Of a stretch of 50,712 nt of DNA, positions 10,790 through 18,082 are shown one piece after another. The notes under the pieces are model-generated. The model saw nothing but the letters and a program-made list of their open reading frames with translations. It searched no databases and was not told the DNA's origin. The first letter of the stretch is position 1; each line of letters begins with the position of its first letter. The stretch comes from Coraliomargaritaceae bacterium (lineage in GTDB: Bacteria; Verrucomicrobiota; Verrucomicrobiia; Opitutales; Coraliomargaritaceae): contig CBFHKU010000006.1 in assembly GCA_965656495.1 (NCBI GenBank), forward strand, positions 104,282-154,993, in the 5' to 3' direction. The position numbers and the translations under genes are program-made.

Positions 10790-10850
10790 CCCCCTCTGAT
10801 CCTCCGCTCCTCCGCGTTAAAAAAAATAAACGCAGAGTAGCAAAGGAGCT
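10790..10850. repeat. Short REP-like imperfect palindrome
   Basis: ctccgcgtt-(A-rich)-aacgcagag inverted arms downstream of nth. Confidence 0.4.
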
Positions 10851-11005
10851 GATGGTAAGAATATTGATTATACAACTTTCAACCAACAACTTACAACGTC
10901 CATCCCCATAAAAAAAGCTCCCGTATACGTTTCCCTTAAAATAGCATCACTGGCAGGCATGCTATTGGTTGGCTTGTGAGTTACTTTTTAATTCCAAAGC
11001 TTTAG

Positions 11006-11188
11006 TCAGAGCGTGCGTTTACTCGTAGGAACTGGCCCACGACCTAATGCCTCGCCAACCGCACGCGCTTCCTCATCTGTTGCCGCCCTACGATTTTCAG
11101 AACTAGGCCCGCCGCTCTGGTAGCCATCTTTACCGAATAATGACTTCTTACGCTTGATGGGTGCCTTTTTCTTCGTGGAAGTTTTCAT
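11006..11188 (-). CDS. Small basic protein, islet family C (GYQSGGP...LGRGPxPT...KRTL)
   Basis: 60 aa; paralog at 13316-13501 and fused copy at the end of 12517-12861. Confidence 0.72.
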   Translation of the reverse strand: MKTSTKKKAPIKRKKSLFGKDGYQSGGPSSENRRAATDEEARAVGEALGRGPVPTSKRTL

Positions 11189-11193
11189 AAATT

Positions 11194-11355
11194 TTAGTCT
11201 CTTTTCGCCCGCTTTTTAGGTCTGCGCCGCCGTGATGTGGTGCTTAGAAATTTATCAACCTCTTGCCATTTGGGGTCGTTTGGATCAGCCAACCGTATAG
11301 AGTGAACGCCCAGTTCTTTGGCGGCCTCTTTCAATAGTTTATTTTTGCTGCTCAT
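11194..11355 (-). CDS. Small protein in antitoxin position, islet family B
   Basis: 53 aa from ATG 11355 overlapping the BrnT-like 3' end; LADPNDPxWQ and RRRRPKKRAK shared with paralogs. Confidence 0.68.
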   Translation of the reverse strand: MSSKNKLLKEAAKELGVHSIRLADPNDPKWQEVDKFLSTTSRRRRPKKRAKRD

Positions 11356-11638
11356 AGTAACTCCGTAATTTCCTATTATCCCCAACAATTATAATTCTAA
11401 TGCGTTTACCGCGCAAACAAAAAACTATATATAAAAGTTTTCCCGATTGGGATTTTCCAAAAACTGCAGTCCGGACTTCGCCGTCAGCAACCCGGGTTAC
11501 ATCAAATTTTATCTTATCCTTGTCCTTAAAAACTGAGATTGCCGCGCTGAAAGGTGGCCGTCCTAGTTGAATATTTCGGTCGGACTTCCACTTGCTCCAA
11601 ATAAACTTGCCGGAAATTACGTCTTTCTGCATATCCAT
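11339..11638 (-). CDS. BrnT (DUF497)-like toxin, copy A
   Basis: FxW..K...N......F..A..VF.D, GEVR...G, LLYIVF..RG..IRII pattern of the BrnT family; 99 aa from ATG 11638. Confidence 0.78.
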   Translation of the reverse strand: MDMQKDVISGKFIWSKWKSDRNIQLGRPPFSAAISVFKDKDKIKFDVTRVADGEVRTAVFGKSQSGKLLYIVFCLRGKRIRIIIVGDNRKLRSYYEQQK

Positions 11639-11641
11639 CGC

Positions 11642-11824
11642 TAAAAAGGACACTCGGTTCCGATGCCCAGTCGTTATTCCTTAAAAAAATACTTTTCCAA
11701 TCGTCCGTCCCGGTGCTGTTTAAATCACCCGGATCTGAAGTTTAGGAAGCTGTCTGGATTTTCAGCATTTATGCGGGTTACAGACCAAAAAGCCCGCTTG
11801 GGAATATCTCGGGAATAATTTTAA
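11642..11824. repeat. 183-bp inter-cassette repeat, copy R1
   Basis: taaaaaggacactcgg...cgggaataattttaa; ungapped alignment to R2/R3, diverged mainly in the right half. Confidence 0.93.
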
Positions 11825-12033
11825 CTCATAAGCCAATGAGAAATTGACTCAAAAAAGCTCCTCTTTTTTGCCCGCTTTTTAGGTCTGCGCCGCCGTAATG
11901 GTCTATTAAACTCTTTCCTGATCTTTTGAATAACCGGATCGCTGTCAGATGCTACTTCCCATTGAATGCCGCCGAGATTTTCAGCCTCTTCTTTCAGAAT
12001 CTTATTAATTTTAACTTTATCGGCTTTGTTCAT
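11821..12033 (-). CDS. Small protein in antitoxin position, islet family B
   Basis: 70 aa from ATG 12033 overlapping the BrnT-like copy B 3' end; MNKADK..INKIL.E.A and RRRRPKKRAK. Confidence 0.68.
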   Translation of the reverse strand: MNKADKVKINKILKEEAENLGGIQWEVASDSDPVIQKIRKEFNRPLRRRRPKKRAKKRSFFESISHWLMS

Positions 12034-12316
12034 GATAGATCTTTTTAAGCTTACTATTTTCAAAAACACTAATAATTCGCCTATACTGTTGCTGATAACA
12101 ATAGACTACAAACAAGCATTTACCGCAAGTGCTTTTCCCGAATACTGCGTAACGCTTTGCACCTTGCCCTTCTTTTGCTTCAACGTCGAAGGCTAGCTTG
12201 TCTTTAAAGACTGAGATTGCAGCGCTGAAAGGTGGCCGTCCTAGTTGAATATTTCGGTCGGACTTCCACTTGCTCCAAATAAACTTGCCGGAAATTACGT
12301 CTTTCTGCATATCCAT
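12017..12316 (-). CDS. BrnT (DUF497)-like toxin, copy B
   Basis: First 40 aa identical to copy A; KRYAVFGK...LFVVY...RRIIS pattern. Confidence 0.78.
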   Translation of the reverse strand: MDMQKDVISGKFIWSKWKSDRNIQLGRPPFSAAISVFKDKLAFDVEAKEGQGAKRYAVFGKSTCGKCLFVVYCYQQQYRRIISVFENSKLKKIYHEQSR

Positions 12317-12319
12317 CGC

Positions 12320-12502
12320 TAAAAAGGACACTCGGCCCCGTTGCCCAGTCGTTATTCCTTAAGAAAATACTTTTCCAATCGTCTGTCCCGGCACTGCTGA
12401 AATCACCCGGATCTGAAATTTAGGAAGCTTTGGAGCAATCGAACAATTAAGCGGATTAGATCAAGAAAAGCCCGCCTAGGAACAAATCGGGAATAATTTT
12501 AA
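12320..12502. repeat. 183-bp inter-cassette repeat, copy R2
   Basis: Nearly identical to R3 with only a few substitutions. Confidence 0.95.
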
Positions 12503-12516
12503 TTCCAAAGCTTTAG

Positions 12517-12861
12517 TTAGAGCGTGCGTTTTGTTGTCGGCTCTGGTCCCCGCCCGAGTGCATCACCAATTAACTTTGCCTCGGCATCCGTCAAAGGTCT
12601 TGAGTTGTCAAGATCAGGCCCGCCGCTCTGGTAGCCAGCTTTGCCCAGCACGGGCCTTTTTTGCCTAGTCGCTTTGATCGGACCAAAATCTTTAATTTGT
12701 TCGTCAACAGCATCCTTTAAATTTTCCCGTAATTCTTTGACGCTGGTTCCGGAGATATAGGCAACTTGCCTTTTATTGAATATCACACTTGCGCAAAAAT
12801 GCCCCGCTTCGGAATCATAAGTCGGGAATAATTTAACACCCTTATATTCTATTGCATTCAT
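12517..12861 (-). CDS. HicB-like antitoxin N-terminal domain fused to the family C peptide
   Basis: MNAIEYKG......YD.E.G.F...V.......ISGTSVKELRENLKDAVDE matches the HicB N-domain; overlaps hicA; tail GYQSGGP...LGRGPEPTTKRTL. Confidence 0.8.
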   Translation of the reverse strand: MNAIEYKGVKLFPTYDSEAGHFCASVIFNKRQVAYISGTSVKELRENLKDAVDEQIKDFGPIKATRQKRPVLGKAGYQSGGPDLDNSRPLTDAEAKLIGDALGRGPEPTTKRTL

Positions 12862-13114
12862 CGTGATTTAAAAACTCCTCTATTACTAATGATACAGTTG
12901 TTAAACAACCCTTGTCAACATCCGGACGGGGGTGCGGAGGGTGCAAACTAATTTTGAAATCCCCGTTTAGGAATTTGCATCCGTTTGCCGTGTTAATTTT
13001 TTTGAAACCTAAAGCTTTTAACAAAGCTTCTAAATCTCTGAATTTTAAATTACCTGGCTTAGGGTTGGCTCTTATTCGCGCTAAAGTACGCTGATGTTTT
13101 TTAGCTAGTTTCAT
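12842..13114 (-). CDS. HicA-like toxin
   Basis: KKHQRTLARI...P...NLKFRDLEALLKALG...HPPHPRPDVDKG matches the HicA family pattern; hicB-like gene directly downstream. Confidence 0.82.
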   Translation of the reverse strand: MKLAKKHQRTLARIRANPKPGNLKFRDLEALLKALGFKKINTANGCKFLNGDFKISLHPPHPRPDVDKGCLTTVSLVIEEFLNHDECNRI

Positions 13115-13118
13115 TTCA

Positions 13119-13301
13119 TAAAAAGGACACTCGGTCCCGATGCCCAGTCGTTATTCCTTAAGAAAATACTTTGCCAATCGTCCGTCCCGGTGCTGCTGAA
13201 ATCACCCGGATCTGAAATTTAGGAAGCTTTGGAGCAATCGAACAATTAAGCGGATTAGATCAAGAAAAGCCCGCCTAGGAACAAATCGGGAATAATTTTA
13301 A
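13119..13301. repeat. 183-bp inter-cassette repeat, copy R3
   Basis: Same ends and length as R1/R2. Confidence 0.95.
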
Positions 13302-13315
13302 TTCCAAAGCTTTAG

Positions 13316-13501
13316 TTAGAGCGTGCGTTTTTTTAAAGTAGGAACTGGCCCACGCCCCAAGGCCTTCCCTATCGCCTTCGCTTCTGCCTCTGTAACGGGT
13401 TGCAAATTATCCATATCAGGCCCGCCGCTCTGGTAGCCATCTTTGCCGAATAATGACTTCTTGCGCTTAATGGGTGCCTTTTTCTTTGTGGTAGATTTCA
13501 T
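13316..13501 (-). CDS. Small basic protein, islet family C
   Basis: 61 aa; shares KKKAPIKRKKSLFGKDGYQSGGP with 11006-11188; start overlaps the upstream stop. Confidence 0.72.
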   Translation of the reverse strand: MKSTTKKKAPIKRKKSLFGKDGYQSGGPDMDNLQPVTEAEAKAIGKALGRGPVPTLKKRTL

Positions 13502-13752
13502 ATATTTTTGCCTCTTTTTGCCCGCTTTTTAAGTCTGCTTCTCGGTGATGGAGTGCCTAGAATTTTATCCAACTTTTGCCATTGTGGATCGTTTGGATCA
13601 GCAAGCTTCATAGAGTCAAAGCCCATTTCCTTAGCGGCCTCCATCAAGGTTTTATTAATTCTATCTTTTTCAGCTTGGTTCATAGCAGGATTCTTTTCGT
13701 TTAATTTATCCGATATTTTATTAATCGCTTTGTCGGGTAATGTTTTAGACAT
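13498..13752 (-). CDS. Small protein, islet family B with no upstream toxin (alternative start 13683)
   Basis: MNQAEKDRINKTLMEAAKEMG...LADPNDPQWQKLDK...KKRAKR paralogous to the other two family B ORFs. Confidence 0.65.
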   Translation of the reverse strand: MSKTLPDKAINKISDKLNEKNPAMNQAEKDRINKTLMEAAKEMGFDSMKLADPNDPQWQKLDKILGTPSPRSRLKKRAKRGKNI

Positions 13753-13861
13753 GATTCGGATCGCAGGGGGAAAGTTGAGATATATGAATATAAAACGTTA
13801 AATGTAAAGTTTTTAATTTCTGTTCGTTACAGGAGCTAAAAGCGGCCTGTTGCCTGGAGTC

Positions 13862-14848
13862 TTACTTGCTCCACTCGAGCATACGCTTGATGGGGGCGTA
13901 GGCTTTTTGGCGGATGTCTTCGGGCATCTCGATGGCGGGGCCCTGATCGCGAAGGCAGTCGCGCAGTTTTTCGATGGTGTTCATCTTCATGTAGCGACAT
14001 TCGTTGCAGGCGCAGGTATCGGTGGGGCCCGCGATAAATGTTTTGTTGGGGATTTCGCTCTGGAGGCGATGAATCATTCCGGTCTCAGTAATCACAATAA
14101 ATTCACGGGCGTCGTCGTCACGGCAATAGTGCACCATTTTCTCGGTGCTGCATACGACGTCGGCATTGTCGCGGACGGTCTCGACGCATTCCGGGTGGGC
14201 GACCACTTTGGCGTCGGGAAATTTGAGTTTGAGTCGTTCGATGGCCTGTTGGGTAAAGAGGACGTGGGCGTAACAGGACCCCGGCCAGAGTTGCATGCGG
14301 CGGCCGGTTTCTTTGCTGACCCATTGGCCGAGGTTTTGGTCGGGGACAAAGAGGATCTCGCGGTCGGCGGGGATGCGCTCCACGATTTTGGTGGCGTTGC
14401 CGCTGGTGCAGATGACATCGCTCAGGGCTTTGACGGCGGCGGAGCAATTGATGTATGCAACGACGTAGGTGTCGGGGTGGGCCTCTTTGTAGGCCGCGAG
14501 TTTTTCGGCGGGGCAGGAATCGGAGAGGGAGCAACCTGCGGCGAGGTCGGGCAGATAAACGGGGGTCTGGGGATTGATGATTTTGGCGGTCTCTGCCATG
14601 AAGTGGACGCCGCAAAAAACAATGGCATCGCAGTCGGCTGCTTCAGCGTGGTAGGCGAGGCCGAGGGAATCGCCCACGTAATCGGCGACCCGCTGGATCG
14701 CTTCGATTTGATAATTGTGGGCGAGGATGACGGCGTTGCGTTCCTTTTTCAGGGCGAGGATTTCTTCCTGAATCGCGGAGAGGGGTGCTTCGTCTCCGGT
14801 GCGGGGAGCGAAAACCATCGGTTCGTAGTTAAGCGGAGCGGTAGCCAT
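13862..14848 (-). CDS. nadA: Quinolinate synthase
   Basis: ILAHNYQ, GDSL, FCGVHFMAETAK, AGCSL, YINCS and AHPEC motifs; ATG 14848 preferred start. Confidence 0.97.
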   Translation of the reverse strand: MATAPLNYEPMVFAPRTGDEAPLSAIQEEILALKKERNAVILAHNYQIEAIQRVADYVGDSLGLAYHAEAADCDAIVFCGVHFMAETAKIINPQTPVYLPDLAAGCSLSDSCPAEKLAAYKEAHPDTYVVAYINCSAAVKALSDVICTSGNATKIVERIPADREILFVPDQNLGQWVSKETGRRMQLWPGSCYAHVLFTQQAIERLKLKFPDAKVVAHPECVETVRDNADVVCSTEKMVHYCRDDDAREFIVITETGMIHRLQSEIPNKTFIAGPTDTCACNECRYMKMNTIEKLRDCLRDQGPAIEMPEDIRQKAYAPIKRMLEWSK

Positions 14849-14926
14849 AGGGGAGCGTCGTTTAGAAAACAGAACGTTCAGACCCCAGGAGGGGAATGTC
14901 AAGCGGAGGCTGGAGTTGGGCGGTTG

Positions 14927-16924
14927 TTATGCTTGGGCGGCCGCTACGATTTTTTCGGCGGTGAGCCCGAGGGTTTCCATGACCTGGCCGCCGGGAGCGG
15001 AGAGGCCGAAGCGGTCGATACAGACGGCACGTCCGTCGAGTCCAAGGTATTTGCCCCAAGTAAGGGAGACGCCTGCCTCCACTGCAACGCGGCGGGTGCA
15101 GGTGGATGGAAGGACGGATTCGCGATACTCGGCGGGTTGGCGATCAAAGCGCTCGAAGGAGGGCATGGAGACCACGCGGGTGCCGCTGCCGAGGGTTTCG
15201 GCGGCTTCGAGGGCGAGGGCCAATTCCGAACCGGATGCCATGAGAATGCATTCCAGGGTGCCGGATTCCGCGCGGGCGATGTAGCCGCCCTTGAGGGTGC
15301 CTTCCCGGCGTTCGTTGGCACTGAGGGCATCGTTGGCGGCGACGCCCTGACGGGTGAAGATTAGTGCGGTGGGGCCATCCTGACGCTGCATCGCGGCGGT
15401 ATAGGCGCCCGCGACTTCTTCCGCATCGGCGGGGCGAATGACGTCGAGGTTTGGAATGACGCGGAGTCCGCTGACGGTTTCAACAGGTTGGTGCGTGGGG
15501 CCGTCTTCGCCAACGCCAACGGAGTCGTGGGTGAAGATGTAGGTGACCGGAAGTTTAGCGAGCGCCGCGAGGCGGATGGAGGGGCGCAGGTAGTCAGCGA
15601 AGACGAGGAAGGTGGCACCGCTGGCACGGAAGATTCCGTCGTAAGCGATTCCGTTGCAGATTGCGCCCATGGCGTGTTCGCGGATGCCGAACCAGATATT
15701 GCGACCGGCGGGATTTGCGGGGCCGAAGTCGCCACCGTCTTTGATGTAATTTTTGGTGGAGCCGTAGAGGTCTGCGGAACCGGTGATGAGTTGCGGGATG
15801 GCTTGCGCGACGGCATTGATGACGGTGCCGCCAGTGGCGCGGGTCGCCGCTTTATTACCGGCCTCAAATTCCGGGATGTGGCTGGAAAGATCGGCGGGGA
15901 TGGCATTGCCGGCGCCGCCTTCGAGTTCAGCGGCGAGTTCGGGGTTGGCGGATTTCCAGGCAGCGTAGGTCGCGTCCCATTCGATGCGGGCGGCTTGGGC
16001 GGCTTGGGCGAGGCTTGCAAAATGTGCTCGGACTTCGGGCGAGACGTGGAAGGTTTCGGCGGGGAGCCCGAGGCCGGCGCGGGCGGACTCCGCAAATTTG
16101 GCACCGCCTTCACCGTGACCTCCGGCGGTTCCCTCGACTTCGGGGATGCCTTTGGCGATGGTGGTTTTGGCAATCAGGACGGTGGGCTTGCCGTTGTCGT
16201 TGGCTTTTGCGGCGGCGAGGGCCTCGGTGAGGGCCTGCAGGTCGTGCCCGTCAAGGGTGACGGCATCCCAGCCCTGTGATTGAAAATAGGCAGCGGGATC
16301 CTCGCTTTGGGATTGTTCCGCCATGGCGTCGAGGGTAACGTCATTGGCATCATAGATGAGGATGAGGTTGTCGAGTTTATTGTGACCGGCAAAGGCGATC
16401 GCTTCTTTGGCGACGCCTTCCTGGAGGCAACCGTCACCGTGGAGGGCGATGACGTGGTGATCAAAGAGGGTGTGTTCAGCGGTGTTGAACTTCGCGGCGG
16501 CGCGTTTACCGGAGAGGGCAAAACCGGCGGCGTTGGCGATGCCCTGACCGAGGGGTCCGGTGGTGGCTTCTACGCCTACGGTGTCGCCGAACTCCGGGTG
16601 ACCGGGGGTCTCGGAGCCAAGGACGCGGAAGTTTTTGACCTCATCCAGCGAGAGGGCGTATCCGGAAAGGTGTAGCCAGGTGTAGAGGAACATGGAGCCG
16701 TGACCACCGGAGAGCACAAAGCGGTCGCGATTGAGCCAGCGGGGAGCGGAGGGATCGTGACGGAGGCCGCCGTTGCCGTAGAGGGCGGCGCCGATTTCGG
16801 CACAACCAAGCGGCAGGCCAAGGTGGCCGGAACTGCAGGCGTGTACCGCATCAATGGCGAGGCCGCGGGCTTGCGTGGCGGCGTCCTGAAGAATGGAAAG
16901 GGAGGTGGATTGCGAATCGGACAT
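14927..16924 (-). CDS. tkt: Transketolase
   Basis: [42 protein letters not shown] and [16 protein letters not shown] motifs. Confidence 0.97.
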   Translation of the reverse strand: MSDSQSTSLSILQDAATQARGLAIDAVHACSSGHLGLPLGCAEIGAALYGNGGLRHDPSAPRWLNRDRFVLSGGHGSMFLYTWLHLSGYALSLDEVKNFRVLGSETPGHPEFGDTVGVEATTGPLGQGIANAAGFALSGKRAAAKFNTAEHTLFDHHVIALHGDGCLQEGVAKEAIAFAGHNKLDNLILIYDANDVTLDAMAEQSQSEDPAAYFQSQGWDAVTLDGHDLQALTEALAAAKANDNGKPTVLIAKTTIAKGIPEVEGTAGGHGEGGAKFAESARAGLGLPAETFHVSPEVRAHFASLAQAAQAARIEWDATYAAWKSANPELAAELEGGAGNAIPADLSSHIPEFEAGNKAATRATGGTVINAVAQAIPQLITGSADLYGSTKNYIKDGGDFGPANPAGRNIWFGIREHAMGAICNGIAYDGIFRASGATFLVFADYLRPSIRLAALAKLPVTYIFTHDSVGVGEDGPTHQPVETVSGLRVIPNLDVIRPADAEEVAGAYTAAMQRQDGPTALIFTRQGVAANDALSANERREGTLKGGYIARAESGTLECILMASGSELALALEAAETLGSGTRVVSMPSFERFDRQPAEYRESVLPSTCTRRVAVEAGVSLTWGKYLGLDGRAVCIDRFGLSAPGGQVMETLGLTAEKIVAAAQA

Positions 16925-17095
16925 AATAAGTACGTTGTCTATGCGTGGATAATTGCTTTTGAATTACAAGAATTTGCTTATTCAAGCGTTGTTTAGGGTA
17001 AGGTGGAAAGGAAAAAGGATGTCTTGGGTTAGAATTTCCGAATTTGTAATAATCCGGACTGGACGTATATCCGGCTTGAAAGTTAGGCTTCAGGG

Positions 17096-17521
17096 ATGTC
17101 ACACAAGGAAATAGAAGAAGGTAATGAATTCCAAATGGACTTCACGAAGTTGCGGAAGGTTGCGAATTGCGGAACCGATGTGGTGCCTGCGATTGCGCAG
17201 GATTCGGCAACGGGGGAGGTCTTGATTGTGGGCTACGCAAATCGCGAGGCTCTGGATACTGCTCTGGAGTGCGGGATGGCTACATTTTGGAGCACGAGCC
17301 GCAATGAACTTTGGATCAAGGGGAAGACCAGCGGTGATTATTTGAAGTTGCTGGAGGTACGGGTTAACTGTGAGCAGAATTCCCTCTTGTATTTGGTGGA
17401 GCCGGCGGGGCAGGGTGCCTGTCACACGAAGGATGCCTCCGGCGTGGCGCGGAGCGGGTGTTACTATCGCCGTTTGAATGCCGGGGGTAGGCTGGAGTTT
17501 GTGGACGGCTCGAAGCGCTAG
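17096..17521 (+). CDS. hisI: Phosphoribosyl-AMP cyclohydrolase
   Basis: PAIAQD, FWSTSRNELWIKGKTSG, NCEQNSLL, ACHT...CYYR motifs. Confidence 0.92.
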   Translation: MSHKEIEEGNEFQMDFTKLRKVANCGTDVVPAIAQDSATGEVLIVGYANREALDTALECGMATFWSTSRNELWIKGKTSGDYLKLLEVRVNCEQNSLLYLVEPAGQGACHTKDASGVARSGCYYRRLNAGGRLEFVDGSKR

Positions 17522-17528
17522 GTTTTTC

Positions 17529-18065
17529 TTACCAAACGCCGAGTATTTCATCAGCAATGCTGTTTGCGAGATCTTCGGTCAGGCGCGGTATGGCTTGGTG
17601 TTCGGACAGGCTGAAGTTGTCTTCGCCCGTGATGGGATCGCTTGCAAAGGTGCTGGTACTGGCGCTGAGGTCGCGGGCTTTAATGAGGTATTTGGAGGCG
17701 CTTTGGTCAAAGAGTGCAATTCGGGCTTCGAGAACGAGATCAAAGCCAATGGCAAGTTCGCTGTCTCGACTGCTGCGAACTGAAGTATTACGGCGGTAAT
17801 GGGTTAGGTTGACCTGGAGGATGGCCTCCGCCTCGGCGGGCTTGCTCACCAAGCGGAGTCGTCCGTCGCGGATGAGGGCTTGCCTGATTTGGGCGCTAAG
17901 GCTGGCTTGTGCCTGTGGCGCGGAGCTGTCGTTGGTTGCCGCTTGGACGAAGATCGTTTTAAAGGGTGGAGCGGGGCGGCTCCATTCATAGTGACTGCAC
18001 CCATTTAAAAAAAGCAGGGAGAGAATCGCGAGAGAAAGAAGGAAGCTTGAGCGAAGCGAGTGCAT
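17529..18065 (-). CDS. lptE: LPS assembly lipoprotein LptE-like
   Basis: LNGC lipobox, EAILQVNL, C-terminal helix LTEDLANSIADEI; downstream of a BamD-like gene. Confidence 0.62.
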   Translation of the reverse strand: MHSLRSSFLLSLAILSLLFLNGCSHYEWSRPAPPFKTIFVQAATNDSSAPQAQASLSAQIRQALIRDGRLRLVSKPAEAEAILQVNLTHYRRNTSVRSSRDSELAIGFDLVLEARIALFDQSASKYLIKARDLSASTSTFASDPITGEDNFSLSEHQAIPRLTEDLANSIADEILGVW

Positions 18066-18082
18066 ATCAACGGGAACAGTTG

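Larger units (their letters stand above)
10851..13830 (-). other. AT-rich islet: tandem array of toxin-antitoxin-like cassettes separated by 183-bp repeats
   Basis: Abrupt drop in GC relative to the flanking nth and nadA; nine short co-oriented ORFs in four units; internal paralogy. Confidence 0.85.

Noticed and set aside
11642..13301. 183-bp repeats as CRISPR repeats or as a coding sequence
   Set aside because: They are too long for CRISPR, the intervening DNA is whole genes, and there are no cas genes. Frames checked by hand hit stops that are not conserved between copies.
11642..13322. 183-bp repeats as integron attC sites
   Set aside because: A ...CTCTAAC overlaps two stop codons and an inverted repeat follows, but there is no matching GTTRRRY R' box, the third copy reads TGAC, and no intI is nearby.
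11194..13560. Basic tails (RRRRPKKRAKR, KKKAPIKRKK) as eukaryotic nuclear localisation signals
   Set aside because: Similar basic RGRPK segments are normal in BrnA-type antitoxins, and there is no secretion signal or effector context.
13850..15364. 504-aa plus-strand ORF and similar long antisense ORFs (e.g. 15488-16279, 19339-20190, 40364-41338, 41695-42666)
   Set aside because: These are shadow frames opposite well-supported genes (nadA, tkt, fabH, gap, pgk), expected from GC-rich codon bias, and show no motifs.
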